Assembly (NCBI GenBank): GCA_951406725.2
Contig: OX597814.1
Span: 8,928,001 to 8,992,000 of the forward strand
Direction: 5' to 3'
Origin: Octopus vulgaris
Lineage: Eukaryota
Length of the DNA stretch: 64,000 nucleotides
Part shown: positions 48,967-61,479 of the stretch, one piece after another
Numbering within the stretch: the first letter of the stretch is position 1
How the letters are laid out: every line of letters starts with the position of its first letter
The notes under the pieces: generated by a model
The model's input: only the letters and a program-made list of their open reading frames with translations
Told to the model about the DNA's origin: nothing
Database searches by the model: none
Translations under genes and position numbers: made by a program

Positions 48967-50181
48967 CAAGGTATAGATGGTATTTAAGGACAAATTTTTG
49001 GTTTAAATTTGGATTCTTATAAAAATAATATCAACATAAAGCTAAATTATCAATTTAATAATTTCATTCAATAAATTCACCATAAGCATCAGGAACTGCC
49101 TCTACAAGGGCCCAGAATTGTTTACAAGTTCGGATTAAATGGTTGTTGTTCATATTGGACATGACTCAAACTATGGTGGCTTTCAAAGAATCTTTGGTGC
49201 TATGGGGGTTTTCATTGACATTTTTCTCAATGATGCTCCATACATAATAATCCAGTGGATTGAGATTTGTTGAATTAGGAGGCCAAATGTCAGGGGTGAT
49301 GTGATTATGCAAATAATTGATGATCCATTCTTGTGTCGTCTGAGTTTTGTGTGACGGTGCAGAATCTTGTTGAAAGACATAAGGCCTTCCATTGCATACA
49401 CGGTTGATCCAAGGCTTAACAACTTTATCCAGAACCTCAATATACACAGCACCATTTACCCTAAGGCCTTGTGGAAAAAAGTGAGGTTGCATCCTGTGTC
49501 CTTCATTGCTAACAACACCCAAAACCATGACACTGGTAGGAAATTTTGTGTGCACTACTCTTGAAACCTCAGAAGGTCCTGCACATAGTCATCTGTCATT
49601 TCTTCTGTTAGTTTTCTGGTCCTGGTCAAAGTTTTTCTCATCCAAGAAAAACCAAATCACACCATCTAACGGATTTTCAAGTTTGTTCAAAAGTCTTTTG
49701 GATTTGATTAAATGGCTTTCTTTTGTTTTTCCTAACATGGATTGACGTCTCCTCATCACGTAAGATTTGTATTTGATGTCTTCCTGCACAACATTTCTGA
49801 TTGTTTTTCTGACATGTGATATTTTTTGCAGTTAACCTCATTGATTTTCTTGGATTGTCTTCAGTGTTCTACTTAACTTCCAGAATAATTTCAGATGTCC
49901 TGATAGAATCAGAACATTTGGAATGTTTTGATACAGATAATATGCATCCATCTTCTTCCTCTAACTAAATCTTATGGTCAAAAGATCTTGCAACTTTCAG
50001 AAAGCAAGAAATTTCTAAATCACCATGCTTAGCCTTCAAAGCCACAATCACAACAAGCCTTTTTATTTCATTAGTAAGCACAAGGCCTCTCACTATTTTC
50101 TGAAATAGAAGTTCAATAAAAATTAGTCAAATAAAATAATGACTAAAAATGCATGTGTCCTCAAATACTGTCTACACTCAG
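48967..50181 (-). mobile_element. Tc1/mariner superfamily, maT-type (DD37D) transposon, decayed
   Basis: Imperfect 26-bp TIRs with TA flanks. FFLDEK; QQD-(37 aa)-D in WPPNSTNLNPLDY. Confidence 0.85.
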
Positions 50182-50656
50182 TATGTATGGTGCATTTTAA
50201 AACCTTTCTTGTAATTTTTCTTTCATGTATATATCACTCATATGGCAGTGTTGTCTGCTTCACACAATTTACCTGCTTACCACATCACATGACTCAGGCT
50301 GATGGTCATGTGATAAGTAATTTCTAAGAGGGAAACCTGTTCAAGGAAAGAAACTTGGTTGTTCAGTTGAAGAAGGCTTCCAGAGCTAAATGGCCTCTCG
50401 TAAATACTTTAGAGTCAGCCAACGCTATAACTCTTGGTTCAACATTATTGGACGTAAGAAAATAAAACACTTATTTCAAGAAATTTCTCTCTAAAGAATA
50501 ATTAGTAGAAAATGTGTGTATACATACATACATACATAATACATACATACAAACAAATATACATACATAATACATACATACAAACAAATATACATACAAA
50601 CAAATATACATACATACATAATACATACATACAAACAAATATACATACATACATAC

Positions 50657-51405
50657 ATCATCATCGTCGTTTAACGTCTGCTTTCCATGCTAGCATGGGT
50701 TGGATGATTTGGCTGAGCACTGGCGAACCAGATGGCTGCACCAGGCGGCTCCAATTTTGATCTGGCAGAGTTTCAACAGCTGGATCCCTTCTTAACGCCA
50801 ACCACTCCGAGAGTGTAATGGGTGCTTTTATGTGCCACCTGCACGAGGGCCAGTCAGGCGGTACTGGCAATGACCTCACTCAAATGGTGTTTTTTATGTG
50901 CCACCTGCACAGGAGCCAGTCCAGCAGCACTGCCAACGACTTTGCTCGAATGTTTTTTCACGTGCCACTGGCACAAGTGCCAGTAAGGCAACGCTGGTAA
51001 CGATCACGCTCGAATGGTGCTTTTTACGTGCCACTGGTACGGAAGCCAGTTACCCACTCAGGCAACAATCACGCTCAGATGGTGCTCTTAGCGCTCCACT
51101 AGCACGGATGCCAGTTATCGAATTTGATTTCGATTTCGCAAGCAGAGTTTAGTGTCCAATGAAGGAAAGGTATGCATAAGTGGGCTGGTTACACCCCTGG
51201 CTTAGGCCACGAGGTTATGGTCTCATTTGGCTTGCTGGGTCTTCTCAAGCACAGCATATTTCCCAAACTTTCGGTCACTAGTCATTGCCACGGTGAGACC
51301 TAAAGTTCAAAGCTCGTGCTTCACCAGCTCATCCCAGGTCTTCCTGGGTCTACCTCTTCCACAGGTTCCCTCAACCACTAATGTGTAGCACTTTTTCACA
51401 CAGCA
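50657..51405 (-). mobile_element. RTE 3' fragment
   Basis: Reverse complement of the 47880-48600 family. Confidence 0.85.
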
Positions 51406-51457
51406 ACATACATATATATAACAAAGTGAAGTTGTAAGGTACCACACGAGTGAAAAT

Positions 51458-51735
51458 ATATATGAAAGAATGTTTGAAAATGCAAAGGTCTTTTAGAGAT
51501 GTTTATTGACTTGACCAGTTTCACTTTTTAAAACAAAAGATTATCAAAATTAAAATATAAAGCTTTGTATAAGCTTTGTTGTGTTAAAAACTTGTTATCA
51601 CAAAAAAATTAAAATACAGTTATACAGTCTTTGATAATGATAAGAAAATGTTAAAAACAGTTCACAAAAAAGTATTCAAGAGAGCGAATATAATAAGTAT
51701 TTTAGGTTTAATAAAAATCATGTTTATATGGTATT
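51458..51735 (-). repeat. Left arm of a ~280-bp inverted repeat (partner 57493-57770); probable Penelope terminal repeat
   Basis: Direct reverse-complement match; contains a decayed hammerhead-like core. Confidence 0.85.
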
Positions 51736-51811
51736 ATATACATATATATATATATATGAGATGTTACTAATTGATTTCAGAACTTTTCACTATTGGAAAA
51801 CCTATATGAAA

Positions 51812-51896
51812 TTAGCTGAAGATTACTTGACATATTATATTTGCTGTAATATTTGCAGCTTTAATAAATTGTTATAGTATGAAACAATTGTACTAA
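51812..51896 (+). ncRNA. Type-I hammerhead-like motif with extended stem II
   Basis: UUAG-CUGAAGA-(58-nt hairpin)-GAA-ACAAUUGU-A-CUAA. Confidence 0.6.
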
Positions 51897-51930
51897 ATTA
51901 CCGGATCCATTCTTGTTGCTTATTCTTTGG

Positions 51931-51967
<37 letters not shown>

Positions 51968-51972
51968 CACAC

Positions 51973-53958
51973 ACAGAAAGAGATATATTTAAGAATTTAC
52001 AAAAATATGAAGAGGAATAACTGACCTGTCTGTTTGAAATTTTCTGTCACCTGTGTAGCTAAGGGATGTTTACTGTTTTAAGGGATAGTGTGGGAGGTTG
52101 GTTGTGGGGGGGGGAGCAATGTAGAATCAGATTTTTTTGTTTCTGGGCTAGTCTGTCATGGCTCAGTGGTTTTGGGGACCGGTCTCAGAGGTCAGAATGG
52201 TGTAATTGGGTATGCGTGTCTCTGTGCATATCTTTATGTGTGTGTGTATGCAATATATGTGCTTGTGTTTGTGTGTGGGGGCTGTTTTTAATTGGTTCCA
52301 GAGTTTAGTGTGGTGTGTATGTGTCTGCGTATGTGGGTGTTAATTTAGCAGGATGGTGTGTGTATATGTGTACACATTTGTGTGTGTATGTGTGTGATTT
52401 GAATTTGTCAGGGTGTTGTGTATGTGTTTGTTCGCGTGTGTGTACGAGTGCATCTGTATGTGCATGTGTATCTTTGCGTGTGTTTTGTGTTAGTGGGGAT
52501 GTTATGTGTGTGTACGTGAGTATGTGTCTCTGTCTGAATATGTTTGAATTGCTTTAATTGTCCTGGTGGTGGTGGTGGTGGTGGTGTGTGTGTGTGTGTT
52601 AGAGCAACTGTATTTGTGTGTGAGGGTGCATATGTATGTGTGGGTATGCGTGAGTATGTGCGTGTGTATGTGTGTGTGGGTGTGTTGTATTTATCAGGGG
52701 TTCTCTCTGTGTCCTTGTGTGTTGTGTTTATCTGGGTGGTGTGTATGCGTGTTTGTTCTGTGCATGTTGATACTGTGTATGCGTTTGTGTGTATCTGCAT
52801 ATCTGGGTGTGGTTTATGTAGTTTCCAGGTGTGGGTGCACATATGTGTGTGTACTGTATTCGTGAGTGTTTTGTGTGTGCAATGTGTGTGTATACATGTG
52901 AGTGTGTTTGTGTGAGTTTGTCTATGTGTCTTGTATTTGTCAGGGTGGTGTGTATTATTGCGTGTATGTATGTCTGTGTGTTTGTGAGTGATTGTTGTGA
53001 TTGTATTGTATGTATATATGTGTGTTTTTTTTTCTTATATATGTGATTTTTTATTGGGGAATGGGCATATTGAATTTTGTGTGTGTGTACATATACATAT
53101 GTATGTTGTGTTGTGTTGTATTTGTGTTTGTGTGTATCTGTGTATGTGTGGATGTGTTTGTGTGAGTATGATTTGTAATTGTCAGGGTGGTGTATGTAGG
53201 TGTGTGCATGTATGTGTTTATGTATGTGTGTATGTTGGTTATGGTTGCTAGAATTGTATTGCAAGTGTATATATGTATGCGTTTTTTCTTGGAATGTGTG
53301 TGGGTTTGTGCTCTAGTGTGGGGATATTGTGTTTGTGTGTGTGTATATATATGTATGCGTGTTTGTGTGGGAAGTTTGCATTGTATTTATGCGTGTTTTT
53401 GTATATCTGTATGTGTTTCTGTGTGTGTTTGTTTTGGATGTGTACCTGGGGTGTATGTTAGAGTATGTTTAGTTGTGTTCTGTTATTTTGAATAAGATTA
53501 TTTTCCTTATTTATTCGTGTTTGGGCAGTGGTGTTGTCTGGGCATTGGTATAGTGGGAAAATTAGGAATTTGGGGCACTTGTTTTGTGCACAGAGATCTA
53601 AGTGACCATTAAGTGGTATCCGTCTTGTGGTGGGGTCCCTCAATTGTTGGCAGTGGATTGTCATCCTTTCTCTGAGGGTAGACTCGTTTGCCCTTTGTAA
53701 TCTTTGTGGCACCCTTCACACCTTATGGCATAAAGTAAATTCTTTGATGGGCAGGTGAAGTTATTTTTTACAACAAAAGTGCCCAGAAACCAAAAAATCC
53801 TTTTGATTCTACATTGTTCTTCACCCCTAACCAGCCTCCCACACTATCCCTCAAAACAGTAAACATCCCTTAGCTACACACATGACAGAAAATTTCAAAC
53901 AGACAGGTCAGTTATTTCTCTTCAAGTTTTTGTAACTTCTTAAATATATCTCTTTCTG
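51973..53958 (-). mobile_element. Penelope-like element (family 3): GIY-YIG remnant, GT-rich tract and ~180-bp inverted ends
   Basis: Minus strand NFTCPSKNLLYAIRCEGC..LRERMTIH.QQ..HLDLC..TRINKE (53480-53770). 51973-52149 is the reverse complement of 53781-53958. Confidence 0.78.
52200..53485. repeat. Degenerate (GT/AT)-rich low-complexity tract
   Basis: Direct reading. Confidence 0.9.
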
Positions 53959-54450
53959 TTTGTATATATATATATATATCTTATTATAAAAGGCAGATTT
54001 TATCTGCCTCCCTTTGTCTCTTATAGAAATCTACAATATAGGATTTCTTCAATTACAATTTACCAGCATTTTTAAGAGTAGAATGCATCGGGTCTTGCCA
54101 GGTCCACTTTTTAAAATTTCAACCCCAATTAAGCAAAATTTAGAGAAAACTCACATTGTGGTGTATAAGTCAAATGCTTTTCTTAGTGTGGGCTACAGCA
54201 CACGCACACGCACACACACAGTGTGCAACGAATAAAGTGAAAGTAATTCACTTTCTGTAGTGACTGACTCTTTCACTCTGCATTCCCACCTCCTCTTTAC
54301 ACACATAGACATGCAAATATATAAATAAAATTGTAAGCTAACGTGTGTGTGTGTGTGTGTGTGTGTGCGTGTGTGTGAGTGTGTGTGTGTGTGTGCGTGT
54401 GTGTGAGGGTGCGTGTGTGTGTGTGTGTGTGTGCGTGAGTGTGTGACAGG

Positions 54451-54965
54451 AAAGTTTTTTAGGACGAATATAAGACCTAAAGTATATCCAAATAGCAGAA
54501 AGATTGCCCGAAAGTGTATATAGATATTTAAATGTATTTATATATTCATCTATACACAGATGTATGTATAATGTGTGTGTATATATTTCCATAGAGGTAA
54601 CCTTTCACTCCATACAAAGTTTTTTAGGACGAATATAAGATCTAAAGTATATACAAGTAGCAGAAAGATTGCCCAAAAGTGTATATAGATATTTAAATGT
54701 ATTTATATATTCATCTATACACAGATGTATGTATAATGTGTGTGTATATATTTCCATAGACGTAACCATTCACTCCGCACAAAGTTTTTTAGGACGAAAA
54801 TAAGATCTAAAGTTATCTCTAAGAAACAGAAAGATCGCCCAAAAGTGTATATAGATATTTAAATGTATTTATATATTCATCTATACACACATGTATGTAT
54901 AATGTGCGTGTATATATTTCCATAGAGGTAACCATTCAATCCATACAAAGTTTTTTAGGACGAAA
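54451..54965. repeat. Three tandem ~165-bp repeats inside the Helitron
   Basis: aaagttttttaggacg recurs at 54451, 54616, 54781 and 54947. Confidence 0.92.
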
Positions 54966-55215
54966 ATATTTATATATAAAAGAAAGGTTGTGTGTCTGTC
55001 TACTCCGATTTAGATTCCTAACTACTCCCACATTTTGCGATGCAGTTTAACCAAAACCGGGTATCTTATAGTCGTGATTCATATCGAGCCCTTCTGAGTA
55101 TTAGCGCGCGTCTACGATGAGTCTATGATTTTACAAATAATTTACCATCATTTTTTTCCATTTTAATGCATATTTTTTTTAATAAAGGGAAGTAACTCTC
55201 AAACTTCACACCAAT

Positions 55216-55737
55216 ATGCGTGCTCATATGCGACGTAATATCACATCAGCAGCATTTCCTCACACCCTCCTTGCACTTGGCGAAGGCAAAATACCAGGGG
55301 ATGAAAATGGTAATATTGCCATCGATTCCATTTGTACCATTGTTAAGACGCCTTCTGATCTCAGAGATGCAGTGTTCCCAGATCTACAAGCTAATTATCC
55401 GAATATGGATTGGATTGGCAAAAAGGCTATACTGGCCCCGAGGAATAAAACTGTTCACCATATTAATGATGAAATGCTAAAACTCATTCCTGGGGAAGTC
55501 TATGTATATCAGTCTATCGATACAACTCCTGACACAGAGGACGTCATCAACTATCCAATAGAGGTACTCAATTCCTTTGAGCACCCCGGACTACCACCAC
55601 ACTTTCTCAAACTTAAAGTTGGTGCCCCTATAATGCTCATCAGAAATTTGGTTCCCCCAAAACAATGCAATGACACACGTTTGATCGTTAAGTCCTTATC
55701 TCCCACCGTAAACTTATATCAATATTTGCCTGAATAA
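55216..55737 (+). pseudogene. Helitron PIF1-family helicase fragment
   Basis: PIF1 2B-region motif LPPH.L.LKVGAPIML.RNL. Confidence 0.85.
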
Positions 55738-55813
55738 TCATCATAATTCAGTGCAATCATTAACAGTACTTTCAAGCAATTCAGCCCTGAGCAACGCCGG
55801 GCAATTCTGCTAG

Positions 55814-57459
55814 TCTTTTGATAAAAGGCAGATTTTCTCTGCCTCCCAAACCGTTCGTTTTTTATACAATTCTACAATATAGAATTTCTTCAATTGGAAT
55901 TTACCTATCATTTTTACAAGTAGATTCCATCGGGTCGTAGCATGTAAAGTTTTTTCAATTTCACCCCCAATTAATCAAAAATTCGAGAAAACTCAATATT
56001 TTACGATTTCCCTCTTTCATTTCAAGTGCTTCACTCCTACCATTACCACTACACTTTCTCCTCCTTTCTCTTTGCAAGTGTGCAATAATTAAAGTGAAAG
56101 TATTTATATAAAAGGGATGAGCAATTAATACTGGTCATCCTTTTTGCTAGAAGAAGATCCACTATGGTCTTATATGCTACACCACTGGTTTTCAATTCAT
56201 ATTAATCAAATTAATATTCAATTTTTCACCCTTATTATGTGTGTGTGTGTATTAGCAATTCGTATAAAATTGCATCAATGACTTGAACTTGAATAAGTGG
56301 TTTCACATAAATGGGGATAAATTAAAAAGGTTTGTTGTTATTATTATTACTGTTTGACTATTGTAATCACGTTTGTTGGTTCATCATCAGGGAAATGTTG
56401 TTGTGTTGCATTTGTTAAATAATTGTAAACCGTAACCCTCCCCCTTTCGGAGAAGGAGCTTTGGTTATTGTTTAAAATTGAATTGTGTCCCTGTTTGGGG
56501 AAATTGACAATATTTGCACCGTCTTTACGGAAGCATTTTTGTTAAAATGCCTTCGATAGAAGAAAGTCCAAAAATGAATTTCGCTGCAGCCGTACACTTC
56601 TATACAAGAGGGAGGACAAGATCCAATTGATCGAAATTGCAAGAGACAGGCCTACAATTCCAGTCTGTTATATATTTTGAGTATTGTTATCACTAGCGAT
56701 ATCAAGATATAACTTAGTATTTTGTATTTTATGTGTAGATGTATATATATAGATGTACATGTAATATGTACACATATATATATACACATATATACATGCA
56801 TAATATACCTACCCATACACACATACGTGCACACACACACACACACACACACACATACATAGGGGCAGGTGTGGCTGTGTGGTAACAAACTACGTTCCAA
56901 ACACATGGTCCTGTGGTTCAGTCCCACTGTGTGGTGACTTGGCATGTGTCTTCTGCTGTAGCTTCAGACCAACAAAAGCCTTCTCATTGGATTTTGTACA
57001 TATATACAGGCATACATACATATATATACATGCATGTTTTATATTTTATAAATTACCCATATTTACTTACCCATGCTTCATTCCCCTCTTGCCTACATAG
57101 GGCATCCATTCTCTTTTAACACAGCAGGAAGTTTTGTAACAGCACATCCGCTGCCGTTCGTGGAAAACGAAGAGACCCTATTCACCTGCGAACGTTTTAC
57201 ACTGCCTTCCACGACTATCAAATTCTTACAATTATGAGAACAATAACATGGCTCTTTTCAAGGTAACCTCGCATTCAATTCTTACACCATTCAATGAGGG
57301 GGTAGGAATCCCTTTACACGGCTTTCTATACACTTACAAATACATTCATTCGCCATAAACTTATATCAATATTTGCCTGAATAATAATCATAATTCAGTG
57401 CAATCATTAACAGTACTTTCAAGCAATTCAGCCCCGAGCATCGCCGGGCAATTCTGCTA

Positions 57460-57460
<1 letters not shown>
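55814..57460 (+). mobile_element. Non-autonomous Helitron directly tandem to the previous one
   Basis: Starts TCTTTTGATAAAAGGCAGA immediately after CTAG. Shares about 180 bp of 5' end and 105 bp of 3' end with 53979-55813. Ends CTAG|T. Confidence 0.88.
56862..56998 (+). mobile_element. tRNA-head SINE fragment inside the Helitron
   Basis: Same head as 21777. Confidence 0.7.
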
Positions 57461-57492
<32 letters not shown>

Positions 57493-57494
<2 letters not shown>

Positions 57495-57770
57495 ATACCA
57501 CACAAACATGATTTTTGTTGAACATAAAATACTTATTATATTCGCTCTCTCGAATACTTTTTTGTGAACTGTTTTTAACATTTTCTTATCATTATCAAAG
57601 ATTGTATAACTGTATTTTAATACTTTTGTGATAGCCATTTTTTAATGCAACAAAGCTTATACAAAGCTTTATATTTTACTTTTGATAATCTTTTGTTTTA
57701 AAAAGTGAAACTGGTCAAATCAATAAACATCTCTAAAAGACCTTTGCATTTTCAAACATTCTTTCATATA
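57493..57770 (+). repeat. Right arm of the inverted repeat (partner 51458-51735)
   Basis: Direct reverse-complement match. Confidence 0.85.
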
Positions 57771-58229
57771 TACATATATATATATATATATGTAAAACCT
57801 ATGTTGGAGGTGATGGTTTTAAATTTTTACAATAAGAGAGAATCTTATGTCTACAGTAAATGCAGTGAATTTGTCTTTAGCAGTTAGAATATGCCATAAA
57901 TATGGGTGTGTGTGCATGCACACTAACACACACACCACACACTCACAGTACATATATGAGGGTCCCTTGTATCAGTTTCCATCTCCCAAACCAGTTGACA
58001 AGGCTTTGGTTGGCTCAGGGCCATACTAGAAGATATTTTCTTGAGTTGCCTTACATTGGGAATCAACAAGGTTAGAAATGAATCTTTTTAACCACAAATC
58101 CATGGCTGTGCCCATAAACCAATAATAGGAATCAGATAAAAGTTGACTGAAGGAGGAAAAATCTTAATTAACACCTGAAATAAATCATTTAAATTTTCAC
58201 TAAAATATCAAACAAATAACAAGTCCTAC

Positions 58230-58409
58230 CTCTGCTTTTACTGATTCCAAACACCGTTTCTAGACGACACTTAAAAGCTCTGATTACTTCCTTCTGTACA
58301 TCAATCAAACAAATATGTTTTATTTTAGAATTTGTGTGGGTATCAAGATATTCCTTTATAGCTGTTACTATACATTCGGTTACCTTTTCTATGGGTATAC
58401 CATAAACAC
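58230..58409 (-). CDS. Macrodomain PARP-like gene, exon encoding the C-terminus of the preceding macrodomain
   Basis: ttacAG acceptor, GTAGGA donor, 180 nt, phase 1-1. GVYGIPIEKVTECIVTAIKEYL..IKHICLID..IRAF; in frame with 46618-46754. Confidence 0.88.
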
Positions 58410-58717
58410 CTGTAATAAATAAAGTATACAACACATTTAATCCAACAAATGTTCTTACACAAAATATATATAATTAACCTGTGATATTATTGCAGTAATT
58501 TATCAGCTGCAATGCCAAGAAACAATACAATTCCATCAATTAGAAGAAGATTCTTTAATAGACAGAGGGGAAGTTTCTAGGTGCAATACCATGGCCATTG
58601 ATGACGGAGGTGGGGGTGGTCTTTACCCCCATTAATATACAATGGTATTTAATAAGGTCTAACTTTGTTTCTCTCTTGTTGAACACATTTTCTTTTCTTT
58701 GTTGTTCATTCAGTTAA

Positions 58718-58732
58718 ATAATAATAATAATG

Positions 58733-58776
<44 letters not shown>
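58718..58776. repeat. (AAT)n microsatellite
   Basis: Direct reading. Confidence 0.95.
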
Positions 58777-59019
58777 CATCGATTTAATGTTTCCTTTTCC
58801 ATGTTTCAGGTGGAATTGGTTGAGGCAAATTTTCTATGTCTAGGTGACATTCCTATCACCCACCCCCACACCAAGGAAGCTAGTATTGCCCCATGGCCAG
58901 ACATGTTTTCATTGTAGACTGGAAACGGATGACTCTGCTTGTATGATGGTGATCCTTGTTTACAAATATTATGTGATTAAAAGACAAACAGATACTAACA
59001 CAGTCACACACGCACACAC

Positions 59020-61441
59020 AATTAAGGATATGAAGACAGGGAGGGCACCTGGTCCATCAAGAAGCACTGCTGCAATGATTAAAATTTCCGGTGGTGTAGG
59101 ATCCAGCTTAGTCACCTGCATAGTTAACCAGGTTATTCAGGAAGTCACCATCCCCAACGACTGGTGTAGTAGTATTATTGTTAGCTGTTATAAGGGTAAA
59201 GGTGATGCCTTAGATAGAAACAACTACAGAGGTATTAAACTGCTAAACCAAGTCATGAAAGTTACTGAGAGGGTGATAGCTTGATTAAAAATAGAATTAA
59301 ACTAGATGAGATGCAGTTTGGTTTTGTGCCTGGGAAGAGTACCACAGATGCCATCTTCCTAGTGAGACAGCTGCAGGAAAAGTACTTGGTCAAAAGTAAG
59401 CCATTGTACTTAACCTTTGTGAACCCGGAGAAAGCTTTCGACAGAGTTACCCGCTGTTATATGGTGGTCTCTAAGGAAGTTAGGAGTGGAAGAGTAGCTT
59501 GTTAAAGCTGTACAAGCCTTGTACAGTGGTACTATCAGGAAGGTGAGAGTTGGCTATGAATACAGTGATGGATTTAGCGTACAGGTAGGGGTTTACCAGG
59601 GCTCAGTTCTCAACCCACTCTTATTCATTATAGTCCTCCAGGCCATAACAGAGGAATTCAAAACTGGTTGCTTGTGGGAACTGCTATATGCTGATGACCT
59701 TGCTCATATTGCAGAATCTTTAGCAGAATTGGAGAAGAAATTCCAGGTAGGGAAACAAGACCTGGAGTCAAAGGGCCTTAAAGTTAACCTAGCTATGACA
59801 AAAGTGGTTCTTAGTAAGAAAAAAGATAAAAACTTTCCTTCCATCAGGTAAATGGTCCTGTTTAATATGTAGGAAAAGAGTTGGAAGAAATTCCATTTGT
59901 TGCACCCAATGTAAACTATGGACACATAACAGGTGCTGTGGCATCACAGGTGGATTAACAGATAAAGTCATCTTTGTATGTGGCATATGTGCAGGAACAA
60001 TAAGCACTAAGAGTACATGGGACATAGATTCTCTCAAATGCCCAGGAGGTTCTCTTGAGGTTCTAGATAGCTTTTGTCACCTAGGTGACCAAATTAGCCA
60101 TGGTGGAGGATGCTCTTAAAGTATTGTTTCTAGAATAAGAATTAGGTGGAGGAAGTTCAGAGAACTACCACTTCTGTTGGCGACAAAAGGATTCTCTCTC
60201 AGAGTGAAAAGTAGACTATATGATGCTTGTGTATGAACGGCTATACACCATGGTAGTGAGGCATGGGCTCTGAATGCAGAAGACATACATAGACTAAAGA
60301 GAAACGAAGATAGTATGCTCTGTAATATGGGTAACAACAGTGCACATGTACGACAAAGTGCAAATGTATTGAGAGAAAAGTTGGGCATAAGAGGAATCAA
60401 ACGTAGCATGCAAGAGAGAAGACTACATTGGTTTGGACATGTGATGCTTATGAATGAGGACAGCTGCATAAAGAAGTGCTGATCACTGATTGAGGATGGT
60501 ACCCATGGACGAAGGAGACCCAGGAAGACATGGGATGAAGTGGTGAGGACTGATCTCAGGACGTTGGGCCTCACACAGGAAATGACAATAGATTGAGATT
60601 TGTGGCGATATGAGGTTCTTGAGAAGACCCATCCATGTCAGTAAAACTGAGTTCTAGAAGCACTGTGTGTCCCACCCACACTTAACAAGAAAACTTCTCC
60701 CACACCCTACCCCAACAAACCTAACTATATCTTTTCTCTTCCTCAAATTTCCTCTTTCATGTACTATGCTTACCTCTCACTCCTCAATCTTATCCTCAGG
60801 GTCCTGTTCCCTGTATCATTATAATTCCCACACCTGACCTATGTGTTCCACCCACACATTAAAAAGAAAAGTTTCACACACCCTACCTCATTCTCCTTCC
60901 CCACTCTCTACTCACAATTCTTTGGCAATGTCCTGCCACTATAGTATGTTCTTCAACTCTCAAGGGTATGCCCTGACACTGGCCACCATCTATATTTCTC
61001 TCTGCCTTTACTCAACCATCCCATTTATGTTCTGATCCCCATCCTGTATGAATACACCTGACATTTTGACACCATCTCTATCCTGCTTTCTCTCTCTCGC
61101 TCTCCTTTGTGGAAGCACACCTGCTTCTGTCCTCATTATCTTTCTCTCTCTCTCTCTCTCTCTCTCTTATCTCTCTATAACCTTTCAACATCTGACACAA
61201 GATCCCCTCCTCTACTGCCCCCTTCCCGCTCAAAAGATCTTTGTCTTGCAAATTACTTTAGTGACCCTGTCAGTGCAGGTGCCACTTAAAATGGTTGATG
61301 TTCGGAAGATCATCCAGCTGTAAAAACCTTGCCAAAACAGACACAGATGTCTGGTGCAGGCCTCTGGCTGGCCAACTCCTGTCAAACCATCCCACCCATA
61401 CCAGCGTGGAAGGAGGATATTAAACGATGATGATGATGATG
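59020..61441 (+). mobile_element. RTE LINE (RT to 3' end), decayed
   Basis: NYRGIKLL, QFGFVPGKSTTDAIF, QGSVLNPLLF, LLYADDL, Cys-rich insert, (GAT)n tail. Confidence 0.92.
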
Positions 61442-61479
61442 AAACATGTACATGTATATCTATGCATATATGTATGATG

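Larger units (their letters stand above)
53979..55813 (+). mobile_element. Composite Helitron with a PIF1-like helicase fragment
   Basis: 5' A|TCTTATTATAAAAG; 3' hairpin + CTAG. ORF 55216-55737 (AILAPRN..YQSID..GLPPHFLKLKVGAPIMLIRNL..CNDTRL). Internal second 5' end near 54968. Confidence 0.88.

Noticed and set aside
52066-53495. Cys/Val- and His/Thr-rich ORFs
   Set aside because: Translations of GT/CA low-complexity DNA.
55216-55737. Host PIF1 gene
   Set aside because: Intronless fragment enclosed by Helitron termini.
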